From: Candidatus Omnitrophota bacterium
GTDB lineage: Bacteria > Omnitrophota > Gorgyraeia > Gygaellales > Profunditerraquicolaceae
Length of the DNA: 64,000 bases
Reading direction: 5' to 3'
Assembly: GCA_016208765.1 (NCBI GenBank)
Contig: JACQXK010000032.1
Coordinates: 118,385 to 182,384, forward strand
Every line of letters starts with the position of its first letter. Within the stretch, counting starts at the first letter, position 1. The notes below the pieces were generated by a model, which searched no databases, was not told the DNA's origin, and worked only from the letters and a program-made list of their open reading frames with translations. Shown here one piece after another: positions 18,459 to 28,149 of the stretch. The position numbers and the translations under genes are program-made.

Positions 18459-18615
18459 GGTGACAAGGCATGTTTCGAGCAGCATGTTAGAAAGCTCTTG
18501 CGGGCATGGTTCGCCTGCTATCACATAGTTGGCGAGAGCAAGAGCTTTCTACCGAGCGAAGATTTTCCACGCTGGGGAAAATCAAGCGGTGCTGCGAGAA
18601 ATATGCCTTGGCACC
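18459..18615. repeat. 157-bp branched hairpin element (possible structured RNA or second MITE family)
   Basis: Stems GGTGaCAAGGCATGTTTC/GAAATATGCCTTGgCACC, GCAGCA/TGCTGC, TAGAAAGCTCTTGC/GCAAGAGCTTTCTA, GATTTTCC/GGAAAATC. Confidence 0.6.
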
Positions 18616-18656
18616 TGAATACTTAAAATACAAGACTTGGCTAAATTTATAATTTT

Positions 18657-18947
18657 CTACGCGATTATTTTTAAAACTTCTTTGATAGGCTGGCCCTTAA
18701 AGATCCCCATCTTGCGGGCAGAAGAAGTGCAGGAATGAACACCTGTATTAATGGTTTGTTTAATTGAAGACACGCCTGTAACCTTTATAGCAACATCTTT
18801 AAATTTATCGGCGACTTTTAAATTTAAATATCCGCACATAACATAACCTTTGCTTCCTCTCAATAAAATCAAATTTTTACTAGCAAGCTTTATTAGATAC
18901 GCTTCAATATGTTTATTACCAATTTTTATCTTCTTTTGCTTTATCAC
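18657..18947 (-). CDS. DUF1805 (YunC-like) protein
   Basis: NLILLRGSKGYVMCGYLN...AIKVTGV...ARKMGI..G pattern. Confidence 0.85.
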   Translation of the reverse strand: MIKQKKIKIGNKHIEAYLIKLASKNLILLRGSKGYVMCGYLNLKVADKFKDVAIKVTGVSSIKQTINTGVHSCTSSARKMGIFKGQPIKEVLKIIA

Positions 18948-19333
18948 AACGCCCCCTTCTTCTCCAATTTCTTAATCTTATTCCAATTCCTGATAATTTC
19001 GTGGCTGGATTTAACTTTAACCTTGCCAAACACATGCGGGTGACGGCGTTTCAGCTTCTTAATTAATCCATCAATTACATCTTCAATATCAAATTTATTT
19101 TCCTTAGAGGCAATTTGCGCATGAAACATAACCTGCAACAAAATATCCCCCAATTCCTCCTTCATGTGGTTAAGATTTCCACCATTTACAGCAGAGATAA
19201 ATTCTCCACTCTCCTCTTTAAGATACTTCAACAGGCTTTTATGCGTCTGCTTTTTATCCCAGAGGCAACCAACTGGCCCATGCAGAATTTGGAAAATTTC
19301 TCTTAGTTGAATAAATTTTGTTGTTTTAGACAT
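18944..19333 (-). CDS. mazG: Single-domain MazG nucleotide pyrophosphohydrolase
   Basis: GCLWDKKQTHKSL, EELGDILLQVMFHAQIA, KLKRRHPHVF. Confidence 0.9.
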   Translation of the reverse strand: MSKTTKFIQLREIFQILHGPVGCLWDKKQTHKSLLKYLKEESGEFISAVNGGNLNHMKEELGDILLQVMFHAQIASKENKFDIEDVIDGLIKKLKRRHPHVFGKVKVKSSHEIIRNWNKIKKLEKKGAL

Positions 19334-19355
19334 ACGTGGATGATTGGAAAGAAAA

Positions 19356-20318
19356 TCAAGCCTTAAAATCTTTAATTATTTCTCCGAGCATTTCTTCAAG
19401 CCCCACTTTAGGAATATAGCCTGTATATTTCTTTATCTTAGACAAATCAGGGATCCTGCGCTGCATATCCTCAAAGCCATCCCCATAGGCATCCTTATAA
19501 GAAATATAATGAATTACAGATTTACTATTGGTAAGTTTCTTGATTTTGTGCGCGAGTTCCTCAACGCTGATCTCTTCATCGTTGCCAATATTAAAAACCT
19601 CGCCAAAACATTTAGAAGTTTCTAATAATTTAATTATCCCATTTACAATATCCCCGACATAGGAAAAGCACCTTCTCTGTTTTCCATCGCCGTAGATTGT
19701 AATCGGCTGGTTTAAAATAGCCTGTTTAATAAAACGCGGCACCACCATCCCGTATTCTCCGGTTTGACGCGGGCCGCAGGTGTTAAAAAATCTCGTAATT
19801 ACAACCGGGATTTTATGCTCTTTAAAATACGCAAATGCCAAAAACTCATCAAGTTTTTTTGTGCAGGCATAGCTCCAGCGGTAAAGCTTGGTGTAGCCGA
19901 TTATGCTATCATCCTCTTCTTTAAAGGGGACCTTATTATTTTTTCCGTAAACCTCAGAAGTTGAAGCAATCAAAACCGGCGTATTAGACCTGCTTGCCTC
20001 TTCAAGAATAATTTCTGTGCCGCGCACATTTGTAGTGATGGATTTTAAAGGATTATCAATAATATATTTAACTCCCACAGCAGCAGCCAAATGATAAACG
20101 CAATCAACATCTTTAATCAGGCGCGACATCAGTTTTTCATTCATGATACTTTCAAGATGAAACTTAAAATGCTCATGATGCTTAAGATGCGCGATATTAT
20201 CAAGCTTTCCGGTGGACAGGTCATCCACAGCTACTACGCTGTTATTTTGCGAAAGCAGCTTATCTGCAAGATGCGACCCAATAAAACCCGCTCCTCCGGT
20301 AATCAATACTTTCTTCAC
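19356..20318 (-). CDS. NAD-dependent nucleotide-sugar epimerase/dehydratase (SDR)
   Basis: TGGAGFIGSH, HLAAAVGV, ASTSEVYG, YACTK, RFFNTCGPRQ. Confidence 0.93.
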   Translation of the reverse strand: MKKVLITGGAGFIGSHLADKLLSQNNSVVAVDDLSTGKLDNIAHLKHHEHFKFHLESIMNEKLMSRLIKDVDCVYHLAAAVGVKYIIDNPLKSITTNVRGTEIILEEASRSNTPVLIASTSEVYGKNNKVPFKEEDDSIIGYTKLYRWSYACTKKLDEFLAFAYFKEHKIPVVITRFFNTCGPRQTGEYGMVVPRFIKQAILNQPITIYGDGKQRRCFSYVGDIVNGIIKLLETSKCFGEVFNIGNDEEISVEELAHKIKKLTNSKSVIHYISYKDAYGDGFEDMQRRIPDLSKIKKYTGYIPKVGLEEMLGEIIKDFKA

Positions 20319-20320
20319 TT

Positions 20321-21358
20321 TTATTTCCTTTGTTTTGCCATATGATGCTGGCGCATTTTTACTTGATGTAATTTCCAGATACCCCAGATAAAAAATAAAA
20401 TAAAACCGGATGATACCAATATAGCGCTCTTTATTCCGTCTTTAGGTATTGAAATTGCGATACAAACCAGGACAAAATTAATAATATAAATAAACATCAC
20501 TGTTTCCCTCTGGCTCAGGCCCATGTGTGTAAGTCTATGCGATAAATGATCTGTATCCGCGTGTTCAAGCCACTGCCTGAACGTGCGTACCTTTCCTTCA
20601 GCTATCCTTAAAACAGTGATCATGGATGTATCAAAAATCATCACCCCGAGCATTAAGACAGGGATTGTTACGGCGATTAACTTACTTTCCGACCAAGAAG
20701 CCATTATTGCCATAGATGAAATAACAAATCCAAGAAACGTACTTCCGGAATCTCCCATAAATACTTTAGCAGGATTAAAATTATAGCGTAAAAATCCCAA
20801 AGTACTACCTAATAAACTAATGCTCAGAAAAACCAGCCACCTCTGGCCGGTTTTATAAGCAATTGCAGCTATACCGAAACAACAGATTGCCGCAATTCCC
20901 CCGGCAAGACCGTCCATATTGTCTAAGAAATTCAAAGCATTAGTAATACCGACGATACCGGCAACAGTAAAGAATACATTAGCAGCATCCCAAGGAAAAA
21001 CTTTAATTACTACGCCATGCGCTACCACCACAATACATGCCACCAACTGAAAAAAAAGCCTTAACGACGCGCGTAAATGCCGCATATCATCAATCACGCC
21101 AATAAACATAATAATGCTTGCGCCTATCAATATCCCGCGCAGCTGAGTATTATAATCAAAACTGGAAAGCGTTCCGATGACAAACGCCATATACATTGCC
21201 ATGCCTCCTAATTTAGGCATTGGCTGTTTATGAATTTTGCGGCTCTTAGGATGGTCCAAAATATCAAATTTAAAAGCAAGCCTCATACATAAAGGCACCA
21301 GAAACAATGAAGCGATTAAGGAAATAATTGCTACTCTTATATATTGGCTGACAATCAT
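20321..21358 (-). CDS. WecA/TagO-like UDP-HexNAc-1-phosphate transferase (MraY family)
   Basis: RKIH..P.PKLGG, GVIDD, NALNFLDNMDGLA, NFNPAKVFMGDSGS, HLSHRL. Confidence 0.92.
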   Translation of the reverse strand: MIVSQYIRVAIISLIASLFLVPLCMRLAFKFDILDHPKSRKIHKQPMPKLGGMAMYMAFVIGTLSSFDYNTQLRGILIGASIIMFIGVIDDMRHLRASLRLFFQLVACIVVVAHGVVIKVFPWDAANVFFTVAGIVGITNALNFLDNMDGLAGGIAAICCFGIAAIAYKTGQRWLVFLSISLLGSTLGFLRYNFNPAKVFMGDSGSTFLGFVISSMAIMASWSESKLIAVTIPVLMLGVMIFDTSMITVLRIAEGKVRTFRQWLEHADTDHLSHRLTHMGLSQRETVMFIYIINFVLVCIAISIPKDGIKSAILVSSGFILFFIWGIWKLHQVKMRQHHMAKQRK

Positions 21359-21361
21359 CGG

Positions 21362-22411
21362 TTAATCTACTATCGCCTTAAGCGTTTTAGTAATAATATG
21401 CCTGGCCTTTTGGCTACTTAACTCTGGATATATGGGCAAAGAAATGGTGTTTTTAAAAACTTCATTGGTAGAAGGGAAATCACTGCTTTTAAATCTTAGA
21501 TATTGATGCAAGGGCCTAAAAACCGGCTTCTTTGCTTCAATGCCTGACTTTTGCAATTTTTCAACTAAAACATCAGCGCTATTCTTGCTTCTTATAACAT
21601 AACGAAAATAAACATGCTCTTTATTCTGGACAGGTAAAGGTAAAATCAACCCAGAATCAGCGAAAGATTTATTATACATCTTGGCAATCCTTTGTCTACG
21701 GGAAATAAACTCAGGGATTTTCTTTAACTGCTCTAAGCCCATTGCCGCAGCCAGATCATTCATTTTGTAATTAAAACGCAGGTGATAATCAGGCTTATTA
21801 TCATAATCTTTTAAATCTCTGACAAAATCAGAAACCTTTTTGTCGTTGGTAAGGATCATCCCGCCTTCTGCAGTCGTAAGCATTTTTGTAGCATAGAAAG
21901 AAAATACAGAGATCACGCCAAAACTTCCTATATTTTGCCCCTTATAAGTTGCTCCCACTGCCATGGCACAATCCTCAATAACCGGTACGCCAAGCTTTAG
22001 CAATTCTCTTAAATCTGCAGCCAGTCCGAACATATGCGGCACGATTATCGCCTTAGTTTTATTAGTAAGCGCTTCTTTTACTGCAAAACGGCAAATATTA
22101 AAAGACTCCGGGTCAATATCCACAATCTTTACTGTTGCACCGGTATAATTAACGGCATTTAAAACCGCAGTACAAACATAACTGGGGATGATTACTTCAT
22201 CTCCTTTTCTTATTTTTAATGCCAATAAAGCAAGGTGCAAACCTGATGTGCCTGAATTAACCGCTGTTGCAAAACGCATACCGATAAAATCAGCTAACCC
22301 CTGTTCAAACTTACCAGTTAACTTACCCTCGGCAATAAAACCGCTTTTTAAAACAGAATTCAGGAATTTTATTTCCCTAAAATTAATGGATGGTTTTGAG
22401 TGTGGGATCAT
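21362..22411 (-). CDS. DegT/DnrJ/EryC1/StrS sugar aminotransferase
   Basis: NSGTSGLHLAL, IEDCA, FSFYATKMLTTAEGGM, FNYKM. Confidence 0.93.
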   Translation of the reverse strand: MIPHSKPSINFREIKFLNSVLKSGFIAEGKLTGKFEQGLADFIGMRFATAVNSGTSGLHLALLALKIRKGDEVIIPSYVCTAVLNAVNYTGATVKIVDIDPESFNICRFAVKEALTNKTKAIIVPHMFGLAADLRELLKLGVPVIEDCAMAVGATYKGQNIGSFGVISVFSFYATKMLTTAEGGMILTNDKKVSDFVRDLKDYDNKPDYHLRFNYKMNDLAAAMGLEQLKKIPEFISRRQRIAKMYNKSFADSGLILPLPVQNKEHVYFRYVIRSKNSADVLVEKLQKSGIEAKKPVFRPLHQYLRFKSSDFPSTNEVFKNTISLPIYPELSSQKARHIITKTLKAIVD

Positions 22412-23093
22412 TCTTTAAAATAATTTCTAAGGATTTCGGCCCATAATTAAACAATAAATCAGCAATTGCCAAATCCGGAACAAAACCCGCTTTCATATAT
22501 TGCTGTTTGTATTCAGGGCAATGCCAATCTTGCAAAGAAACTTTTATACCTGCATCATTAAATACTTTTTCATCAAGATAAACTTCCAAAGCATACGCAC
22601 CGGACAGATATGTATCAGCGCCTAATTCTTTGCAAATATTCACCAAACGAAGCGATTCTATTCCGGGAACGCTTAATTCAGAAGACTTGACTATCTTTTG
22701 CTTAAGGCCCAGGCATTCAAGATAGAAAAAAAACATTTCATAATTAATATCATTTAAATTCTCCCAGTCTTTTTGATAAATATTCTCAAAAAAACTCTTA
22801 TATTCCTTAAAATAGGGAGCCTTGCTGTAATTAAAGCACAAAGAATTCCAGTGCTTTTTGCGCCAATTTTGTGAATTATCAATTTTAACTTCGTTAATAT
22901 TCTGCTGAAACTTATTATAAACCGGGACAGTTAAATATGACCAACCCTGGGCAGTTTTAATTTTATTGCGATTCTGCCAGCCGTTTTTATTAAACTGAAT
23001 ATCATCCATGACTACAAATATATCTGAATGATAAATTTTATGAAAATAACGCAACCAGGGAAAGTAATGCAGCTGGTGAGCAGAAAGAATCAT
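22383..23093 (-). CDS. WbqC-like protein (putative glycyltransferase)
   Basis: AHQ..YFPWL.YF.KI, DDIQF.K.GWQNRNKI, YSKAPYF, YLSG, DLLFNYG. Confidence 0.9.
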   Translation of the reverse strand: MILSAHQLHYFPWLRYFHKIYHSDIFVVMDDIQFNKNGWQNRNKIKTAQGWSYLTVPVYNKFQQNINEVKIDNSQNWRKKHWNSLCFNYSKAPYFKEYKSFFENIYQKDWENLNDINYEMFFFYLECLGLKQKIVKSSELSVPGIESLRLVNICKELGADTYLSGAYALEVYLDEKVFNDAGIKVSLQDWHCPEYKQQYMKAGFVPDLAIADLLFNYGPKSLEIILKNDPTLKTIH

Positions 23094-23096
23094 TTC

Positions 23097-23816
23097 TTAA
23101 ACTACAAACCTGTGGCACATAAATGCCTCTGCAGCCTCTACTGAAATTTCACGGCCGCGCACCTTGGCAAGGTTCTCAATATTCTCAAGGCTGGCATGAT
23201 GAATTGAAGGCTTCATCTGTGACTTATGAAATGACACAGCTTTTAATTTTTTATCAAGATATTTAGAAATATCCACATAAAAAGTAGGATGAAATTTCTC
23301 ACGCTCAAGGCTCCAGGAGATTGCCGGATTATCACAGGATAAAACAATTTTCTGAAATGGCTTAACATCCGGTAAATGCGGCCTGCAAGCGGTAAAGCCG
23401 GCACGAAATACAGCTTCATGATCCTGGTTATATGAGGCTGCCGGTAAAATCATCATTGTCGGCTTAATCCGGTCAATAGACAGCTTGCATTCTCTTTCAA
23501 AACAATTTACCAGGTCCTTGCGCGGGATGGCATCTAAACGTAAATGCACTTTTGTATCATTAAAAACAACTTCATAGTCATCAACTTTTAAATATTTCAT
23601 TGCCCCTTCAAATTCTTCATTACGGGTATTTCCATTAACAACCATATCATTGCTTTTTGGCCCGTAATGCACAACCTCTCCCACAGAAACTACAATCACA
23701 TAAACTTCAGCCCCAAGGTCTTTCATCTTGGCAATTGTCCCGCCGCAACCAAAGACCTCGTCATCAGCATGCGGAGCCAAAACCAAACATTTTTGTTTCT
23801 TTAAGAATGCATCCAT
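23097..23816 (-). CDS. PIG-L family de-N-acetylase
   Basis: APHADDEVFGCGGTI, NQDH, P.FYVDIS, HKSQ, AEAF. Confidence 0.9.
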   Translation of the reverse strand: MDAFLKKQKCLVLAPHADDEVFGCGGTIAKMKDLGAEVYVIVVSVGEVVHYGPKSNDMVVNGNTRNEEFEGAMKYLKVDDYEVVFNDTKVHLRLDAIPRKDLVNCFERECKLSIDRIKPTMMILPAASYNQDHEAVFRAGFTACRPHLPDVKPFQKIVLSCDNPAISWSLEREKFHPTFYVDISKYLDKKLKAVSFHKSQMKPSIHHASLENIENLAKVRGREISVEAAEAFMCHRFVV

Positions 23817-23852
23817 ATTATTAATCCTCCACTGTAATTAATTGTCGGCTGA

Positions 23853-23930
23853 CGTCATTGCGAGCCCGAAGGGCGAAGCAATCTCTGTTTTAGGATTGCT
23901 TCGTCGCGCTTCGCGCTCCTCGCAATGACG
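23853..23930. repeat. GTCATT-type 78-bp palindromic element (RPE/REP-like) overlapping a stop codon
   Basis: CGTCATTGCGAG...CGAAGCAATC-spacer-GATTGCTTCG...CTCGCAATGACG with perfect inverted ends. Confidence 0.85.
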
Positions 23931-25896
23931 ATTTCTTAATTTTCAATAATTCACAATACAAATTATCTATTCTATTCACCATTTCTTTAGCGCTGAAATT
24001 CTCATTCATTATTTTCCTGGCGTTTTCTCCGAATAACTTTGCCTTATCTGGATAAGACAGTAACTGAATAATTCCCTTTGCTAATTCACTACTACTTGCA
24101 GGTTCAACTAAGACACCACTCTCGCCATCTTTCACTAATTCCGGAATACCGCTTACCTTTGTGGCAACGCTTGGCTTTCCCATAACCCCTGCTTCAACAA
24201 GCACCCTGCCCATACCTTCGTTAAGGGAACAAAGCACAAAAATGTCCATTATTGAAATCATGCGCGCCACATCCTGCCTGATACCGGAAAAAATTACTTT
24301 TTGCGATATTCCCAGCTCTTCAACCCTGTTTTGCAGAAATTTACGCTGACTGCCGTCGCCAACCAAGAGAAAATGTGAATTTGGAAATTTCTCCAAGACT
24401 TGCGGCATGGCCTCTACAAAGAAACTTATTCCTTTAATCGGCTCAATTCTGGCAACTGTACCAATAACTTTTCTATCTAAAGGAATCCCTAATTCACCCT
24501 TCGTCTTTTTATTATCAAAAGAACCATTAAAATCCTCTACCTTGACCCCGCTTGGGATAGTGATAAATTTATCCGCTGTGGCAATCTTAAGTTTTAGATG
24601 TTCATTCTTGCAATTATCCGTCAGGGTAATTATCTTATCACAAAAACAGGAGAAAATCATCTCTAAAAACCTGTATAGCATGCTTTCAAAACGGCCAAAA
24701 TAACTATGAAAAACATGCCCATGCGGCGTGTGCACCACTACCTGCACTCCTGCAAGCTTAGCCGCAAGCCTACCCACAATCCCAGCCTTTGAGGTATGAG
24801 TATGCACAATATCAAAACGATATCTTTTGATTAGAAAATATAATTTAACCAAACTAATCAAATCTTTTACAGGATTAACTTGGCGAACTAACTCTGGAAT
24901 TACCGCTAAATCAATATTTTGCCTACGCACAACTGATTCAATCTCGCCTTCTGGCCCTGATGTTGGGCCGCTTGCCAACATCACCTGATAACCTTTTTCT
25001 CTTAAACCCAAAACTGTTAAAAGAGTATTCTCCTGCGCACCGCCCTTGATTAAACGAGTAATAATATGCAGCACCCTTATTGGACGATTACTATCTTTGA
25101 GTCTTTCCTTAATCATCTTGGACAATAACTTTCTCTGTATCTTAGTTGGCCAGCTAAATTTAGTAGCCAGGCCTAAATCTTGCTTAACCGGCATTGCCCG
25201 GTTATTTTCAATCTGAGTAACTACTTCCACCACCATCTTGCTGCCCAAGGCTAAACCCCGCAGATAAAGCGTTTTTTCATTATCAAAAGGCCAAATTGTA
25301 ATTTTCTTTTGAATCAGGATATCTCCCCTATCTAACTCTTCATTTACAAAATGCACAGTTACGCCGGTTTCATTTTCTTTATTAAATAATGCCCAAAAGT
25401 TAGAATCTAATCCTGCATATTTAGGTAAAAGCGATCCGTGCAGGTTAAGGCAACCGGATTTTGGGATTTGGAAAATATTTTTCTTAATTAAACGCGTATT
25501 GGTGAGAACAACTAAATCCGGATTAAACTTGCGAATTATATTCTCGCTATCCACGCCATTATGATCCTTAACCAAGAAAAATGGAATTTTATAATCTAAT
25601 ACCAGCTCCTCTATTGAAAGATAATGTTTGCTGCGAAAAATATTGCTTCCAAATATTTTTCGTAAAATATAATGCAATTTAATATTAATAAATTCAAGTA
25701 GCCTGTCCTTTGTAAACGAAAAACCATGTTTCTTAAAAGAATCCGACAGTAAAGAAAGGTTGCTGCCATTCTTCTTTAATAACTGTCCCCGCTCCTCGGC
25801 AACAATAGCCACTAAATTTTTCCCAGCATCAAGCAAGCATTTAGCAATTAATGCGCCTGACGGCCTACCAGTCCTGGTTAAAAATACTATTCTCAT
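23890..25896 (-). CDS. Formyltransferase - GT4 glycosyltransferase fusion
   Basis: N-terminal NLHGSLLPKYAG...GVTVHFVNEELDRGDIL; C-terminal VLHIITRLIKGGAQENT, HTHTSKAG, NEGMGRVLVEA. Confidence 0.88.
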   Translation of the reverse strand: MRIVFLTRTGRPSGALIAKCLLDAGKNLVAIVAEERGQLLKKNGSNLSLLSDSFKKHGFSFTKDRLLEFINIKLHYILRKIFGSNIFRSKHYLSIEELVLDYKIPFFLVKDHNGVDSENIIRKFNPDLVVLTNTRLIKKNIFQIPKSGCLNLHGSLLPKYAGLDSNFWALFNKENETGVTVHFVNEELDRGDILIQKKITIWPFDNEKTLYLRGLALGSKMVVEVVTQIENNRAMPVKQDLGLATKFSWPTKIQRKLLSKMIKERLKDSNRPIRVLHIITRLIKGGAQENTLLTVLGLREKGYQVMLASGPTSGPEGEIESVVRRQNIDLAVIPELVRQVNPVKDLISLVKLYFLIKRYRFDIVHTHTSKAGIVGRLAAKLAGVQVVVHTPHGHVFHSYFGRFESMLYRFLEMIFSCFCDKIITLTDNCKNEHLKLKIATADKFITIPSGVKVEDFNGSFDNKKTKGELGIPLDRKVIGTVARIEPIKGISFFVEAMPQVLEKFPNSHFLLVGDGSQRKFLQNRVEELGISQKVIFSGIRQDVARMISIMDIFVLCSLNEGMGRVLVEAGVMGKPSVATKVSGIPELVKDGESGVLVEPASSSELAKGIIQLLSYPDKAKLFGENARKIMNENFSAKEMVNRIDNLYCELLKIKKSSLRGARSATKQS

Positions 25897-27062
25897 CTAA
25901 CTCTTTCGTCATTGCGAACCTTATTTAGCTTTTCTCTAAATATCTCAACCGCCCTCTGCCAATTCAATTCTTCAACTACCCTTTTTCTTCCGTTCTCGCC
26001 TAATCTCTTAGCAAGCTCTCTATCCAAAAGCAGTTTTAAAATTGCTTGGGTAACATCGTCTTTGCTAAAAGGGTCCACCAATAAACCGGTTTTACCATCT
26101 TCTATCGCTTCATTTACTCCTCCGGATTTACCACCGACAACCGGCTTTTCACAGGCATTTGCCTCCAAATAAACAATTCCAAAACCCTCAATATCTCCTC
26201 TCTCTTCTAGAGTGCGGCTGGGCATAACAAAAATATCACAAAGATTATAGAATTTAAGCAACTCTTCATCCGGCACTCTTCCGGCAAAACGAAGATATCT
26301 TTCTACGCCCAACACATTAGTAAGGTTCTCTAAATTCTGACGAAACGATCCTCCACCAACCAAAACATAGACAACATCAGGATGAGCTTTAATTATTTCA
26401 GGCATAGAGCGAATAACCATATCAAAACCTTTTCTTTCCACCAGTCTGCCCACAGAAAGAATTACTTTTTTACCTAAAAGATTATACTTAGACCTAAAAT
26501 CATCTGTTACTTTTAAAGGATAATATTTTTGATGGTCGGTTCCCGGTTTAATTAAGATGATCTTTTCTTTAATAACGCCGAATTTTATCAGGCGCTCTTT
26601 TACAAACTCTGTGATTGCTGCCACAAACAGAGCATTATTGTAGATTTTTAAATATAATTTGTGCATAAACTTATTTCTCTCAAATTTACCAAATTCATAT
26701 CCATAAGCCCACATAGCATACTTAAAACCTAATATTTTAGAAAATAAATACGCGATAACTCCGCCATAAGCAATATTCATTGGGATTACAATCTTAATCC
26801 GGTATCTTAAAATTACCCACGGCATTACAAAAAGAATAGGGATAAGCCTCAAATAACCTAATTCATACCAGGGAGTGCGAATTACTTTAAATTTCTGCAA
26901 GCTATCATACTCCTTAGCACCTTTTGCCTGGGGGCCGATAACAATAATTTGCTCTCCGGCACCAGACAAGCGCGAAGCTAATTCATGCGCCACTGTGCTA
27001 ACGCCATCAGTGTGCGGGGGAAAATCTACCGAAACAATAAGAATCTTGGTTTTTATTTGCAT
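25893..27062 (-). CDS. GT4 glycosyltransferase
   Basis: DFPP..DGVS, VGRLVERKG, DIEGFGIVYLEANAC. Confidence 0.92.
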   Translation of the reverse strand: MQIKTKILIVSVDFPPHTDGVSTVAHELASRLSGAGEQIIVIGPQAKGAKEYDSLQKFKVIRTPWYELGYLRLIPILFVMPWVILRYRIKIVIPMNIAYGGVIAYLFSKILGFKYAMWAYGYEFGKFERNKFMHKLYLKIYNNALFVAAITEFVKERLIKFGVIKEKIILIKPGTDHQKYYPLKVTDDFRSKYNLLGKKVILSVGRLVERKGFDMVIRSMPEIIKAHPDVVYVLVGGGSFRQNLENLTNVLGVERYLRFAGRVPDEELLKFYNLCDIFVMPSRTLEERGDIEGFGIVYLEANACEKPVVGGKSGGVNEAIEDGKTGLLVDPFSKDDVTQAILKLLLDRELAKRLGENGRKRVVEELNWQRAVEIFREKLNKVRNDERVR

Positions 27063-27074
27063 AATATACTATTT

Positions 27075-27255
27075 GGCAATAAAGGTTTCTGTGAGCGCAC
27101 AATTAGAGATTTTTTGGCATAGCATTCTTATTTACAGTCTTCAAGGCTTTATGACGAGCGAGAGTACACCTAAATGCGTAAGCCGTTACGAAAGCGAGTC
27201 ATAAACCGCAGAAGACGGCAAAAAATCTCGTGCGCGAACAGAAACTTTTGTTGCT
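27075..27255. repeat. ~181-bp palindromic MITE-like / structured element, copy B (inverted relative to copy A)
   Basis: Reverse complement aligns end to end with 18252-18434 and shares an identical ~42-nt core GTCTTCTGCGGTTTATGACTCGCTTTCGTAACGGCTTACGCA. Confidence 0.85.
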
Positions 27256-27276
27256 GAATAATGATCCAGCAACAAA

Positions 27277-28149
27277 TTATACTTTCATCAACCTATTAAA
27301 AACCCGTAATATTTTGTTTAAAAAAATACAGTTCTTGATTTCTAACAAATCTAGCTCCCCATTAAGTTTGGCCAGAAATGTAAACATATTATCCGAAGAC
27401 TCTATCCCTATGCGCCTTAACTCAAACAAATCAGTGCTAACATCATTTACCCCGTTCATCGCAGTAAACCCAAAAATATAACCTGCCTCCTCGGCAACCT
27501 TTTTTACATCCTGGTTAAAATCAATCACTAAACCAAACGGATACGAAATCATATCAATCTTACTTCCAAGCTCTTTTTCTATAATTTCCTTTGAATCTGT
27601 AATTTCCTTCTTAAAATCTGTGACTTTACCCAAATTAGCATGATTAATTGTATGCGACCCAAAATCAATCCCATACCTTGACATTTCTCTTACTTGATCC
27701 CAGGCAAGGAAATGATTATAAATAGGATTATCGTTAATATCATGCGGCAATATTTTCTCTGTACCGATGTATCCTGCGGTTAAAAATATTGTTGCCGGGA
27801 CTCCTAAATTTCTTAAGATAGGATACGCATTAGTGTAGTTATCCGAGTAGCCGTCATCAAAAGTAACTGCCACTGCCTTTTTAGGCAAGCATCTTTTTTG
27901 TTTTAACAAACCACAGGCATCTTTTAATGAAAGTAAAGAATAATTCTTTGCCAAAAACTGCATTTGTTTCCTGAATTTATTTATCTTTACATTTACCTCG
28001 TGCTTTCTAAAATCGCCTACACTGTGATACCTTATAATTACCAGCTTATTCTTTCTACGGCCAAGCCAGAGAGGTAAAAAAATACAATAACCAATAACAG
28101 CAAGAAAGATCAAGATTAACTTTTTAATAAAAATCTTTAAAGCAATCAT
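27277..28149 (-). CDS. Polysaccharide deacetylase (CE4/NodB)
   Basis: YHSV, VTFDDGY, FGSHTINH, SYPFG. Confidence 0.92.
   Translation of the reverse strand: MIALKIFIKKLILIFLAVIGYCIFLPLWLGRRKNKLVIIRYHSVGDFRKHEVNVKINKFRKQMQFLAKNYSLLSLKDACGLLKQKRCLPKKAVAVTFDDGYSDNYTNAYPILRNLGVPATIFLTAGYIGTEKILPHDINDNPIYNHFLAWDQVREMSRYGIDFGSHTINHANLGKVTDFKKEITDSKEIIEKELGSKIDMISYPFGLVIDFNQDVKKVAEEAGYIFGFTAMNGVNDVSTDLFELRRIGIESSDNMFTFLAKLNGELDLLEIKNCIFLNKILRVFNRLMKV

Noticed and set aside
18411-18626. 71-aa plus-strand ORF in the rrf2-DUF1805 intergenic region
   Set aside because: It spans two palindromic elements, has a GTG start without a clear RBS, and has no recognisable protein features.
18252-27255. Composite transposon or invertible segment bounded by the two inverted ~182-bp copies
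   Set aside because: No transposase or recombinase in the window, the copies are diverged, and genes inside keep the same orientation as those outside.
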